This document shows, piece by piece, positions 1 through 9,480 of a stretch of DNA of 44,908 bases (its first letter is position 1; the number at the start of each line of letters is the position of its first letter). This stretch comes from a virus. Its lineage: Duplodnaviria > Caudoviricetes. The stretch spans positions 1 through 44,908 of IMG/VR virus record IMGVR_UViG_3300048796_000033. One strand, 5' to 3'. The notes under the pieces are model-generated. The model was not told the origin of the DNA, searched no databases, and saw only the letters and a program-made list of their open reading frames with translations. Position numbers and translations under genes: made by a program.

Positions 1-127
1 CCGTTCGCCAAGCCCTCCCATAGGCGCATACGCTCGAACGCGGCGTGCAGCGCCTTGCCGTCGTCCGGACTTACGTCGTCGCTCAGAAAGTCAATTCCGG
101 CACGGGTCATGTCCTGCGCGACCACGT
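1..127. repeat. Terminal direct repeat, copy 1 (identical to 44782-44908); circular assembly overlap
   Basis: Bases 1-127 (ccgttcgcc...gaccacgt) equal the last 127 bases; 127 is a typical assembler k-mer; the repeat lies inside the portal ORF. Confidence 0.95.
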
Positions 128-377
128 CGACCACCATGCCGCATATCCAGTTCGATCTGTACGCCGCTTCCAAGTTGTACGGATTGCGGCTGATAAAATC
201 TATTTGGAAATGCCCGGCGTCTTGCTGCGATCCGGCGCCATACCCGACACGCGCCGCGAAATTGACAAACGAGTCGCTGGTGCGCATCGCCTGGCGTGCC
301 GCGTCGGTACCGGCTTGAATCGTTGCGGCCTGGCGGGCTACTCGTTGCGCCTGACGGTGGTGCGTGTTCTTTCCCAT
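1..377 (-). CDS. Portal protein, N-terminal part (continues across the junction into 43686-44906; about 490 aa in total)
   Basis: ATG at 377 with an AAGGGG SD; reads MGKNTHHRQ...LEAAYRSNWICGMVVDVVAQDMTRAG, in frame with the 406-aa ORF at the window end. Confidence 0.9.
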   Translation of the reverse strand, partial: MGKNTHHRQAQRVARQAATIQAGTDAARQAMRTSDSFVNFAARVGYGAGSQQDAGHFQIDFISRNPYNLEAAYRSNWICGMVVDVVAQDMTRAGIDFLSDDVSPDDGKALHAAFERMRLWEGLAN

Positions 378-398
378 GCTTGCCCCTTAGTTTTCGAG

Positions 399-409
399 AT
401 TGTACGGCA
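399..409 (-). promoter_or_regulatory. Putative late promoter -10 element (TGCCG-TACAAT) upstream of portal
   Basis: The same GCCG-TA(C/G)(A/C)AT motif occurs at 4070-4080 and 42760-42770. Confidence 0.5.
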
Positions 410-434
410 AGATGCAAATATTTACGATATGTGG

Positions 435-463
435 TTGACGGCGTTGAATAATTCAACTATCCT
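435..463 (+). promoter_or_regulatory. Sigma70-type promoter TTGACG-N17-TATCCT with palindromic operator GTTGAAT-A-ATTCAAC (443-457) in the spacer
   Basis: Near-identical copy at 20216-20244; 17-nt spacing; directly upstream of the ORF at 490. Confidence 0.8.
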
Positions 464-489
464 CAAGTCCTATTTTCAAAGGACTTAAT

Positions 490-876
490 ATGCCAAAACT
501 TACTAAAATCGATGCGCTAAGTATGGCCGTTACCTTCGTGACTGCTTCGGGAGAGCAACTGAAAAGCGAGCCAGTCAATCTCTCAGAAGCCGAAAATCTC
601 GAAAGGACCGGCGTTTTAAGTGCTGCCGAATTTATAAAATGGCGGGACGCGGTAGAGGTAATGCTGGGCGACCCTGGCAAACTACTACCTACTACCTCAA
701 CTGCGGAATTTTCCGCACACATACGCCTCGACATAGATAAAACCCTGACGTCCATACGATCTGTATCGGTCAATCATGTGGGGCAAATTCACTTAATCGA
801 ATGGTCCCGAACAAGCGCAACTTCCCTTTTTAATTTCGGAAAAATCGAAGAACTGCTCTCAACCCGCAAGCCTTGA
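490..876 (+). CDS. Hypothetical protein (128 aa), opposite-strand gene between terL and portal
   Basis: AAAGGA SD and its own promoter; fills the terL-portal gap. Confidence 0.7.
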   Translation: MPKLTKIDALSMAVTFVTASGEQLKSEPVNLSEAENLERTGVLSAAEFIKWRDAVEVMLGDPGKLLPTTSTAEFSAHIRLDIDKTLTSIRSVSVNHVGQIHLIEWSRTSATSLFNFGKIEELLSTRKP

Positions 877-2457
877 CCAGATATCTAATACGGCCCCGCC
901 CGGCGCGAAGCAAATCATCACGCTGTCTGCCAAGTTCGGGGAGCGCGTGCCGTCGGGGGCTTTGTCGACCAACATCTTACCGACACCCTTCAACGACCAG
1001 GTAGGCTGTGACAATTCGGCCACCAACTGTAATAGCATTTCTTTGTCCATGTCGCCGTCGAGTGAGATAATCTCGTCCGGATCGAACGCCATGCCTTCGA
1101 AGACAGCCCTGTAGGTATTCAGGAACAAGGTGCGTAAGTGCCACCACGCTTGCGCTTTAGCGTTGGCGAAAAAGTCTTTATTCTTGCGTTTATTAACCAT
1201 TTCTCCGTCGGGATCATGCACGGCGCCAGAGCCTCGGAACGGTTCGACCGTTAATTCCCCGCGCCCCTCGAATCGTCGTTGCTCGTTGATTACCCGCGCA
1301 TCCCCGCGCACACCTGCGCCCAACCCGTCAGCATCGTAATGGAAGCCGGCGTAACCATGCGCGTCGCATATGTCGAAACTTTTTTGCACCGACTCGAAGA
1401 TATCGTCGCCTTTCCCACTCCACGACTTCATAAAATTGACGAGAATGCCGTAGCGGCCACACAGTGCGTTTAAGTCGACGCCTCGGTCCGCTACGTCCAT
1501 CGCTGCCCGCTTGGCACCCGTCGGTTCGATACCGAGCATGATGTGCGCGTTGATCGATGCTTGCACCCACTCAGAAGGAATGAGCACGCCCTCAACGCTG
1601 GCGCTGTAGTTGATATCTATTTCCTGCGCCACGACGACGGGGCTATGCTCTGCGCGCATTTTAGCGTACCAGGCATCATCCTTGCGCGGATCGTCGCGCC
1701 AATGGAATGTGAACACGTCAATCTTGCCGCCGTGGCGCTTCTGTGCAAACGGATTGCCCAGGCCGTTAACGCTCGACAAATCTTGCCGGCAATTGGTCGT
1801 TTGAGACAAGCTGGCGTCGGTCAGCAGCGGGCGTTCCAAATGGGCCGCTTCGTCCACGAAGTAAATACTCGTACGATCACCGCGCCCGATACCGTCGCCC
1901 GACTCCCCAGATATGTGGCTGCCAGTATCGGGAAAGCTCAGGCGCATGTGCGGTGCATCGCCTGGCGTCCAACCACCGCGGAATTCAACGGGTAACAGCG
2001 CCATGAATTGCCGGGCTTTGTAGAATAGACTTTTTGGTGCGCCGATCTTGTCGACGTACTCTTCTTTGCGCGACCCGAACCCGATAACTAGATTGTCATG
2101 AAATAGGCATAGGGTGCACGCCAGGCCGACGGACAACCAGGACAGCCCCATGTCACGGGACTTTTCAGTCAGTCCGGGCTTTCGTGCGCGCCAGTGGTCG
2201 ACAACCCACTCTACCCACTCTTCCTGCCTGGGAAATAGTAGGAAAGGCATAACGACCGGCAAGCCTATATCGGCGTTGCGCGGATCTGAGGTCATGCCCC
2301 AGTCGATCATAAATTGTGCGGGATGCTCTTTGTAGAACGCTTTGAGCGCTGGCAGAATGGACGGGTCTTCGCGAATGCGTTTTAAGCGTTCAAGTCTGTG
2401 CGCAAACGCTGCAATGTAGTCTGGCGCTTTAAAATCAAAGGGGTACGGGATCGGCAC
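859..2457 (-). CDS. terL: Terminase large subunit
   Basis: Walker A-like KSRDMGLS, Walker B YFVDEAA, nuclease MDVAD and SPNLADS; located next to the portal gene. Confidence 0.95.
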   Translation of the reverse strand: MPIPYPFDFKAPDYIAAFAHRLERLKRIREDPSILPALKAFYKEHPAQFMIDWGMTSDPRNADIGLPVVMPFLLFPRQEEWVEWVVDHWRARKPGLTEKSRDMGLSWLSVGLACTLCLFHDNLVIGFGSRKEEYVDKIGAPKSLFYKARQFMALLPVEFRGGWTPGDAPHMRLSFPDTGSHISGESGDGIGRGDRTSIYFVDEAAHLERPLLTDASLSQTTNCRQDLSSVNGLGNPFAQKRHGGKIDVFTFHWRDDPRKDDAWYAKMRAEHSPVVVAQEIDINYSASVEGVLIPSEWVQASINAHIMLGIEPTGAKRAAMDVADRGVDLNALCGRYGILVNFMKSWSGKGDDIFESVQKSFDICDAHGYAGFHYDADGLGAGVRGDARVINEQRRFEGRGELTVEPFRGSGAVHDPDGEMVNKRKNKDFFANAKAQAWWHLRTLFLNTYRAVFEGMAFDPDEIISLDGDMDKEMLLQLVAELSQPTWSLKGVGKMLVDKAPDGTRSPNLADSVMICFAPGGAVLDIWSRLAG

Positions 2458-2460
2458 CCG

Positions 2461-2895
2461 TCAACCCATCAACTTCTGATACTGACGCGCAGCCTCGAGC
2501 GGATCGGTCGTCGTTAACTGGACGGATATGCCTGCATGTTGAATCGGGCCACCGTTCAAGCCGGTTTGCTCGACGACAGACACTTCTTTCCAGCCGGCAC
2601 GACACTTGAGCCAGAATATCGCAGCCGATACGCTGGCCTTACCGTCGCCCATCGCTTTCAAATAGAGCGAGCGGGCAACCATGGCGTTCGCCGTCGACAT
2701 GCCGTCGTCCAGCTCGGCACGGAAATGTAAGCGCAAGGTTTTCTCGTCAATGGGTTTGCCGGTCGCTGGATTGACGAGCTGGCGACACACAAGGTCTTGC
2801 GGCATCCCACACGCGACGGCCACACGTACATTGTCGCGCTGTGACTGGGTGGGTTCAAACGGCGGGTTGCGCGGTGCGGCATATTTTTTAGTCAT
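2461..2895 (-). CDS. terS: Terminase small subunit
   Basis: Directly upstream of terL; DEKTLRLHFRAEL, AAIFWLKCRAGWKE and GLNGGPIQ are typical of TerS. Confidence 0.8.
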   Translation of the reverse strand: MTKKYAAPRNPPFEPTQSQRDNVRVAVACGMPQDLVCRQLVNPATGKPIDEKTLRLHFRAELDDGMSTANAMVARSLYLKAMGDGKASVSAAIFWLKCRAGWKEVSVVEQTGLNGGPIQHAGISVQLTTTDPLEAARQYQKLMG

Positions 2896-4063
2896 TTTCG
2901 AGCGTCGCTTTCTTGCCGGTGAATTGTTCCCAGCGCTTCACTATAACATCGACATAGCGCGGGTCAAGTTCCATGAGCCGAGCGACCCGGCCGGTCTTCT
3001 CGCACGCGATCAACGTCGAGCCGCTGCCGCCGAACAGGTCAAGCACGACGTCGCCGCCTTTTGAACTGTTCGTCAGAGCCTTGGCCACGAGTTCTACCGG
3101 TTTGGGCGTGGTGTGGCCTTCGACCCGTTCCTTATCGAAGCGCCAGACGCTCGTCTGCTTTCGATCCGAGTGCCAGGAATGGGCGCCGTTATCCATCCAA
3201 CCATACAGGCACGGCTCGTGCTGACTTTGGTAATCGGTCCGGGACAGTGCCAGGGAATTCTTGGCCCAAATAATCATTGAGCTGAAATGAAAGAATTCGC
3301 GGAACACAGTGTGAAATATGTCGGCGCAACGATCCGAGTGGAACACGTATATAGAAGCGCCCGACTTGGCCGAAGCCAGGTAGTTACCGAACGCGCCCCT
3401 TAATAGATCCGTCAGGCCGCCCCGGTCATCGTTCTTGATGCCTTCATAGTCGACGCCATACGGCGGGTCTGTAAAGATCATGTCAGCCTTTACGCCAGAC
3501 ATAAGGCGGTCCGCGGCGTCAATATCGGTCGCGTCGCCACAACCTACCCGGTGCTGGCCACAAAGCCACACATCGCCCAATTTAGCGACCGGGTCAGCCA
3601 GGACCGGCGGCACGTCGTCCTCGTCGGTTTCACCTGGCGGCAACTCTTCAGGCATGAGTTGTGACAATTCGTCGTCACTAAAGCCGAGCAATGTCAGGTC
3701 GAACCCGCCGTCTCCCAAGCCGATCAACTCGGCTCGCAACAGGTCCGCGTCCCACCCGGCATTTAGCGCCAGTTTATTATCCGCTATTACATACGCCCGC
3801 TTTTGCTCGTCCGTCAAACCCCCTAGCACGATGCACGGTACCAGGTCAATGCCACGCAGCTCGGCAGCCATATCCCGGCCATGCCCCGCGATAATCTCGC
3901 ACAACTCGTCAATCAGTATCGGATTAGTCCAGCCGAACGCGTCCAGGCTTCGGGCAATCTGTTCCACTTGCTCAACACTGTGCGTTCTGGAATTGGTCGG
4001 ACGCCGTACGAGCGATGCGCGCGGCAAGTATAAAATATTTAAAAGGCGGGAAGTTTGGTCCAT
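2888..4063 (-). CDS. ParB-like N-terminal domain fused to an N6/N4 DNA methyltransferase (beta class)
   Basis: ParB-like IIAGHGR and YVIADNKL; catalytic FTDPPY; HTTPKP; SAM-binding DLFGGSGST. Confidence 0.9.
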   Translation of the reverse strand: MDQTSRLLNILYLPRASLVRRPTNSRTHSVEQVEQIARSLDAFGWTNPILIDELCEIIAGHGRDMAAELRGIDLVPCIVLGGLTDEQKRAYVIADNKLALNAGWDADLLRAELIGLGDGGFDLTLLGFSDDELSQLMPEELPPGETDEDDVPPVLADPVAKLGDVWLCGQHRVGCGDATDIDAADRLMSGVKADMIFTDPPYGVDYEGIKNDDRGGLTDLLRGAFGNYLASAKSGASIYVFHSDRCADIFHTVFREFFHFSSMIIWAKNSLALSRTDYQSQHEPCLYGWMDNGAHSWHSDRKQTSVWRFDKERVEGHTTPKPVELVAKALTNSSKGGDVVLDLFGGSGSTLIACEKTGRVARLMELDPRYVDVIVKRWEQFTGKKATLEND

Positions 4064-4069
4064 TCGGGC

Positions 4070-4080
4070 ATTCTACGGCC
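4070..4080 (-). promoter_or_regulatory. Putative -10 element GGCCG-TAGAAT, 6 nt before the ATG at 4063 (leaderless-like)
   Basis: Motif shared with 399-409 and 42760-42770; no SD between it and the ATG. Confidence 0.5.
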
Positions 4081-4171
4081 ACATTGAGCGCTTGTACAGT
4101 CCTTGCAATGTTGCCCGCCGACACTTACGAATTTAACGGGTTTGGCCTCGGCCAGCCTTTTTCTATTTTGT

Positions 4172-4234
4172 AATCCTATAATATAACAATATACCTATTA
4201 CGTCCTATCATACCTATTGTTATATTATAGGATT
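4172..4234. repeat. Perfect 20-bp inverted repeat enclosing CCTAT repeats, in an AT-rich intergenic region (candidate origin)
   Basis: aatcctataatataacaata (4172-4191) is the reverse complement of tattgttatattataggatt (4215-4234). Confidence 0.85.
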
Positions 4235-4362
4235 TAATTCTCAAATACCAGGAACTAAAGTGAAAGGTGTTAAATACCGGTAAATTGCGTTAAAAACGAC
4301 CTTTTCGTTGTCCTTTGTATAAATTTTAGACTCTCTAAAATTCTTAAGCGTTCTTGAAGAGT

Positions 4363-4391
4363 TTCACCTGAATAGGATTTTAGATTATAAT
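4363..4391 (+). promoter_or_regulatory. Sigma70-type promoter TTCACC-N17-TATAAT
   Basis: Consensus -10 and 17-nt spacer; GAGGA SD downstream before the ATG at 4424. Confidence 0.6.
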
Positions 4392-4423
4392 CCTAGTTTT
4401 CAACATATGACTGAGGAAACACT

Positions 4424-5224
4424 ATGGATATCACCGAGCGGGAAACTGCTAGATTGGCTGGTCTGAAAGTCTATTTCACTGGAAAACTTTGCAAAAACGG
4501 TCACGTATCTCATCGCTACGTGCAGTCGGGGACTTGCGCCGAATGTATTAACGGGTCGAGGAACACGGACTTGCGCCGCGTGGGGTTGCCGGAAGATGTG
4601 GTGCGCGCCGAACTTAAGGCGCGGGAAACAGGGCAGGCCGAGGCAATCAATCGTGCCACTCTGCTGAAGGAAGAACACGAACAGCGCGTTGCTGCCGCCG
4701 CCAAAGCCCAAGCCGAGGCAGAGGCGCTAGAACGAGCCAGGGAACTTGCTAGGCGCGACATGCGTGTGCTGCATGCCCACATCGTTGAAGAGGACTTGAG
4801 AGCCATCCGAGAATTTGCGGTATTCATGGCTCAATCAGTCGCGCCTGTTTTGCAGTATGACGATGTGATCCGAGCAGACCATTATAAAAACGGGGAACAT
4901 TATCTTTTTTGGTTGCCTCTTGAGTGCAAGGCGTTGGTCGACGCGGAATGGCAACGGGCCTACAAGGTGCGCCGCCCTATTGTTCAGCCGTGGGACGGCG
5001 TGATGACCGTGGAACGCTTGCGAGGCTATTACCCGCAATGGTACGAGATTAACGGAGACCTTTATTTTACGGAACCACCTACCGTCGAGGTACGTAAGTA
5101 TGACGGGGAAGAAATGGTACGGCTTGGAGGGAGGTGGTACCGGGACTGGGAGTTAACCAGAATGATGCGTGGCACGCTGTCTGGCGCCGCTCCCGTTAGT
5201 GAGAGTTGGGCGCCGGAAGGCTAA
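4424..5224 (+). CDS. Protein with N-terminal Cys/His zinc-binding motif and coiled coil
   Basis: YFTGKLCKNGHVSHRYVQSGTCAEC, a motif common in phage proteins; good SD. Confidence 0.75.
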   Translation: MDITERETARLAGLKVYFTGKLCKNGHVSHRYVQSGTCAECINGSRNTDLRRVGLPEDVVRAELKARETGQAEAINRATLLKEEHEQRVAAAAKAQAEAEALERARELARRDMRVLHAHIVEEDLRAIREFAVFMAQSVAPVLQYDDVIRADHYKNGEHYLFWLPLECKALVDAEWQRAYKVRRPIVQPWDGVMTVERLRGYYPQWYEINGDLYFTEPPTVEVRKYDGEEMVRLGGRWYRDWELTRMMRGTLSGAAPVSESWAPEG

Positions 5225-5799
5225 GCGGCTAGACAAGTCAACATGGTGTTGGCCAGGTGTTGTAATTTCCGGGCCAGCTCTAACAGCTCGTCCGGAGACA
5301 CTTCAGGCGGGACGACTACATGCACGTGCGGCGTATCGAAGTAGAGACTGCCCGGCGTATCTGAGACGCGCCGCGCCGGCACAATATCAAGCGGTGTGGC
5401 TACCGTAACGCGGTTACGTGGCTCTCCAACGAAGTCGAGCACGTTGTCCATACTGTCCAGGCCGAGCGGCGCCAACAGCCCGGCAACAGCAGCAAGCGCG
5501 GCCTTTCCTTCGAAGTCACCAATAATCTTGGCAATCTTGCGCGGCCCGAGATGCTCGTACAGCTTCGCGCATCGATCCATGCGGCGGTTAACAGTTTGAT
5601 AGCTTCGGGAATCTGAGGTAAGGCAATCGACTTGCCCGGCGCTGGCGTAAATGCCACGTAGTACTTTCTTAGCGGCAAGAGAAGCGCCGCCGTGTACGTG
5701 ATAGGTGATCAGACTAACGGATAGTTCGACCTGTAGTGCCTGGCGGGACAGCAAAAGAGTGCCGCGCATTGCTTCGATGCAAAAGTTTAAATCTTTCAT
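5221..5799 (-). CDS. Hypothetical protein (192 aa)
   Basis: GAGGGAG SD; fills the region. Confidence 0.7.
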   Translation of the reverse strand: MKDLNFCIEAMRGTLLLSRQALQVELSVSLITYHVHGGASLAAKKVLRGIYASAGQVDCLTSDSRSYQTVNRRMDRCAKLYEHLGPRKIAKIIGDFEGKAALAAVAGLLAPLGLDSMDNVLDFVGEPRNRVTVATPLDIVPARRVSDTPGSLYFDTPHVHVVVPPEVSPDELLELARKLQHLANTMLTCLAA

Positions 5800-5819
5800 G
5801 GTGAAAACTCCCTCTAAAA

Positions 5820-5886
5820 AGTGAACTTCGGAAGCCTAGAGTAGGCCGACCCTGCCGCGCCGTATGTGCGGTACCCGACGTTCACT
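5820..5886. ncRNA. Candidate three-way-junction RNA or attenuator
   Basis: Closing stem agtgaac.tcgg/ccga.gttcact with two internal hairpins (gccta/taggc and gccgcgc/gtgcggt). Confidence 0.4.
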
Positions 5887-5902
5887 CTAAAAAAGGTAAA
5901 AG

Positions 5903-6091
5903 TCAACCAGATGTTGCTCTTTTGCGACAGTAGTCCCGACCGGCTTCGGTGATCTTATCGCCGACCATCCAACCGCGTGAGCGAAGCGCTTCCTTCGTGC
6001 GATGGTCGGCCATTGGCGGGAACCCTTTCGCAATTCGACGCAACGCTGTCAACATGGGGACTGAGCAATACGGTAGGGGCTTGGCTTTCAT
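5903..6091 (-). CDS. Small basic protein, possibly winged-helix-like
   Basis: MKAKPLP...EALRSRGWM...ITEAGRDY pattern; start uncertain (ATG 6091 or TTG 6109). Confidence 0.55.
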   Translation of the reverse strand: MKAKPLPYCSVPMLTALRRIAKGFPPMADHRTKEALRSRGWMVGDKITEAGRDYCRKRATSG

Positions 6092-6242
6092 GGTCACTTT
6101 CAAAGGCAAAAATACGTAAGTTGGTAAAGTCGCGCAGCGCGCGGGTTCATGACCGATTTTTCAGCAACGTTGCGCAGTGTTCCAAAGCGTCCTTTACTTG
6201 GTCATAACAAGACTCGCTGTCTGTACTCACATCTTCACCTGT

Positions 6243-7028
6243 TCAATGATTGATTCTGGGTCTATCCGCTCCAGCGATGCGCTTGATGGCAATTTCAAAA
6301 TATCCCGCGTTAATTTCCATGCCGATAAACTTTCGGCCAGTGTTCACGCAGGCGACGCCTGTTGTGCCGCTACCCATGCAGTTGTCGAGGACTGTGTCGC
6401 CTGCGTTTGTGTATGTGCGGATTAGGTATTCCATTAGGGAGACTGGTTTTTGTGTTGGGTGAAGTTTCAATAGTCGGTTGTCTTTAGCAAATTTTAATAC
6501 GCTACGCGGGTACCTAGACGATGATTCGTACGCGCCTCTGATAGCTGTTGATTTACTGTAGTTAGGGCCGTGCGAAGCGTAAGAAGCGTTAACACGTTTA
6601 ATAGTATGTCCTGCAGTCATTTCTGGATTATAAATTGGCTGCTTTTTATAAAAAACTAAAATGTTTTCGTGCGCTTTTAACGGTGACTTTTTCGCGTTTA
6701 AAAAACCTGTTGCTGCAGTCTTCTCCCATATCCATTCATAACGCAATAAATCTATCTGAGAAGCACCAAGCACTTTATCAAATGGTGTCTGCGCAGTGAG
6801 AACGATTGCGCCACTGCAGATACGCTTGTACTCTTTCCATAGAGCGTCCAACTGCAAAACGCTGTCCCACTTATTGCGCGTGGTACCATACGGCAAATCA
6901 CACAAGATCATATCAACGCTGGCGTCTGGGATTGATTTCATCAACTCTAAGCAGTCGCCTCGGTGTAATTTGATAGTCAATTTATTTCCCAGATAAACCC
7001 TATCCGGCAAGTTTTGGTTATTGGTCAT
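6243..7028 (-). CDS. N6-adenine/N4-cytosine DNA methyltransferase (beta class)
   Basis: GDCLELM, CDLPYG, HPTQKPV and DNCMGSGTTG motifs; AAGGAG SD; visibly AT-rich. Confidence 0.93.
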   Translation of the reverse strand: MTNNQNLPDRVYLGNKLTIKLHRGDCLELMKSIPDASVDMILCDLPYGTTRNKWDSVLQLDALWKEYKRICSGAIVLTAQTPFDKVLGASQIDLLRYEWIWEKTAATGFLNAKKSPLKAHENILVFYKKQPIYNPEMTAGHTIKRVNASYASHGPNYSKSTAIRGAYESSSRYPRSVLKFAKDNRLLKLHPTQKPVSLMEYLIRTYTNAGDTVLDNCMGSGTTGVACVNTGRKFIGMEINAGYFEIAIKRIAGADRPRINH

Positions 7029-7099
7029 TTCGGCTCCTTTAGTTCCGGTGATAGTTGGGTCATGCTAAATACTCCACGTTGTAAGTTGGATGCTGTTTT

Positions 7100-9466
7100 T
7101 CATTTCGATACTCCCTGTAAATTGCGGCTCATGGCCGCTTGTTGTGCTACGGAATAGGTGTAGGCCACGAGTGCCGGGTCGAGCAATTCGGAGGCGGGCG
7201 TGTCGGTCTTGACGTACAGTACCGGCCGCGTAGAGTCTGGCGACACGTCCGAAGTGGTACGCCCGCCAGGCAACGCGCGGTGTACTTCATAGCCGAGGCG
7301 CCCGAGTGTTTCCTTGATTTTAAGCGCGGACATAGGCTTATCGAGCCGGCGCTTAAGCATGACGACCGACACAAACCCGCCGCAAAAGCCCGGCTCTTGC
7401 AGCTCGACCCACTCTTGCAAATCTTGCTCGACACCGGTGCGGCCATCCTCGATCGCTTCCAATGTGGCCGACGTGCGCGGGGCTTCCTGGCAGCGGCCGC
7501 CTGGGTTGAAACGTGGGTCAATCTCGACGGTGTGTAAATACTCGGTAATGTAGGCGTAGCCGCCCGACTCGAGCCAGGGGATAAACTCGTCAGCAAAGAA
7601 TGCCTCGGATAGACCGTCGGCGGCGCGAGTTCGTTTATTTTGTTGCGCGCAGTATAAGGTAGCAATGCGGCGGGAGTCTTCAGTAATACTCATGCCGTCG
7701 CGATGGTTGTCGGTAAAAATCCAATTGCCGCAGATGTGCTTTTGTATAGAGTCGATACCTTTGTACGTAACCGGTTGCTCAGGCTCAGTGATTAAGCTTT
7801 TGAGCGCTTCCATCGTAGTGGTGCGGTCTTTAAGAGTGTAGATATCGTCAGCCACGTAGAGCAGGTTGTTTTCCATCCAGCCGTTGAACCCGTTTTCGAT
7901 CATGGGCGCTTTAACGTTGAAAACATATTTGTCGCCGAGTGCGCGACGTAAGCATTTAATAATCAAGCTTTTTCCGTTACCCTCGGTACCCTGTAGGAAG
8001 ATAGCCCAACGGAATTTGATTCCTTTGTATTGAACGACGGCGGCCAAGTAGGAAAGTAGAATTACCGCGTCGTCACCTTTCGGCAACAGTTTTTTAAGCA
8101 AATTCAGGAAGGGGGTAACGTCACCGACGCGACGGTCAACGGTCGCTTCTTTATAGACATTCACCCAGTCCCGTTCCCCCCGCGTGATGACCGTTTGAAA
8201 GGGCATATCAGGACGGAAACAGGTACCCTCGACGTGAGGGAAAGCAACGGCTTGATTCTCTAAAAATGCGGCCCATGGGTCAGTAGTAGTTTTGTCGTTC
8301 ATTGCGTCCATACAATACGACTTGCCTGCGAATCGCGCCTTGAATCGGCCCTGGTCCACAATGTCGCCATTCGGAAGCAATACCCCGTGATGGTCCTGCA
8401 CGTAGATGCATCCCTTGAATACTTCGGCCAGGCCGTCCACGTTGATAAACCCACTATCAGTGCGCGCGACGGCCACACGGATAGCGCCGGTTTGCTTTTC
8501 CGCGACGAGAGGTTTGTCGATCAATACGCCGCCGGCATGCGCGGCACACGCCTTGAGGATGGTCGTGGTCATGTAATCGTCGCGCTCCCACTTCTCACGC
8601 GCCAGTCCGGACAGACGCATCATTCGGTCGATACGTTCACAGTTTTTGCCAGTCCAGAAGGCCAACTGCATCGCCAGGGCAGAGTCGGCCGCCGAGCCGT
8701 CGTAAGGGTCGACCCCGTTGCCGTCAGGAGGGAAGGCCAGCGCCAGGCGGTCAAGGTCGCGGTTCCATAGATCCGCAAAGGTGGCACGTATCGTACCAAT
8801 GTCGCCGAGCTTAGACGAGGTGCGCAGGGCGCGTTCAATGATCCGAGCGTCACTATCCGCACAGTACCAGCCGTCGCAGCCTTCAGTCGTCCAGGTTTGC
8901 GGCGTGTCGGCGCTTCCTTCGAGGCGTAGCCATTTGTCCGTGATGGCCGACAGAGCAGAGGTGTGGACGGTACCCGCGTTGCCGATAATGCCGGTACCGG
9001 TGAGCGCCACAAAGCGCTTTTCCGTGTACAAGTCAAAGAGCTTGTTGGTTATGTCCTTTTTGCGACGATGCGTCGGCGCGACACCGATACCGATGATGTG
9101 GAGACCGCGACCTGACTGAGATATTTCGACGGCGGCGCCAGGGAGTCGGCCACACAGTTCGTGAACGATGGGTGTCCACTGGCCGGAGGCGTCAAGACAG
9201 TTATCGACGTCAATAAAGAAAAAAGGGTCTTGCTCGGTGAAGGTAAAGCCAACGCCATAACTGTCGCCCCACGCCGTCGCAGTACGACACGCGGTCGCCG
9301 CGTCAGTCCAGATGGCCGGATCGTGCGCGTCGTGCTTGCTGCCCGTGAGTGGGTGCAGCGGGTACTTAAAAGTCTTGCCGGGTTTGTCTGGGTCGGGCAC
9401 GAATTGACAGACAATAAATTGCCGGTAGAGCGCCAATGGCGCCAGTGCCTCGGGGAGAAATTGCAT
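7100..9466 (-). CDS. Primase-polymerase (AEP) fused to an SF3 helicase (NrS-1/D5-like)
   Basis: FIDVD and SQSGRGLH AEP motifs; LAFWTGKNCERIDRM helical domain; Walker A GTEGNGKS; likely start MQFLPEAL at 9466. Confidence 0.9.
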   Translation of the reverse strand: MQFLPEALAPLALYRQFIVCQFVPDPDKPGKTFKYPLHPLTGSKHDAHDPAIWTDAATACRTATAWGDSYGVGFTFTEQDPFFFIDVDNCLDASGQWTPIVHELCGRLPGAAVEISQSGRGLHIIGIGVAPTHRRKKDITNKLFDLYTEKRFVALTGTGIIGNAGTVHTSALSAITDKWLRLEGSADTPQTWTTEGCDGWYCADSDARIIERALRTSSKLGDIGTIRATFADLWNRDLDRLALAFPPDGNGVDPYDGSAADSALAMQLAFWTGKNCERIDRMMRLSGLAREKWERDDYMTTTILKACAAHAGGVLIDKPLVAEKQTGAIRVAVARTDSGFINVDGLAEVFKGCIYVQDHHGVLLPNGDIVDQGRFKARFAGKSYCMDAMNDKTTTDPWAAFLENQAVAFPHVEGTCFRPDMPFQTVITRGERDWVNVYKEATVDRRVGDVTPFLNLLKKLLPKGDDAVILLSYLAAVVQYKGIKFRWAIFLQGTEGNGKSLIIKCLRRALGDKYVFNVKAPMIENGFNGWMENNLLYVADDIYTLKDRTTTMEALKSLITEPEQPVTYKGIDSIQKHICGNWIFTDNHRDGMSITEDSRRIATLYCAQQNKRTRAADGLSEAFFADEFIPWLESGGYAYITEYLHTVEIDPRFNPGGRCQEAPRTSATLEAIEDGRTGVEQDLQEWVELQEPGFCGGFVSVVMLKRRLDKPMSALKIKETLGRLGYEVHRALPGGRTTSDVSPDSTRPVLYVKTDTPASELLDPALVAYTYSVAQQAAMSRNLQGVSK

Positions 9467-9480
9467 TATGTGCGTCCCGG

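Noticed and set aside
45-488. ORF-track ORFs at 45-488, 55-318 and 91-456
   Set aside because: Shadows of the real portal N-terminus (minus strand, ATG 377)
2888-4063. ParB domain as evidence of a plasmid-prophage partition system
   Set aside because: It is fused to an MTase in a common arrangement near terminase genes, and no ParA is present
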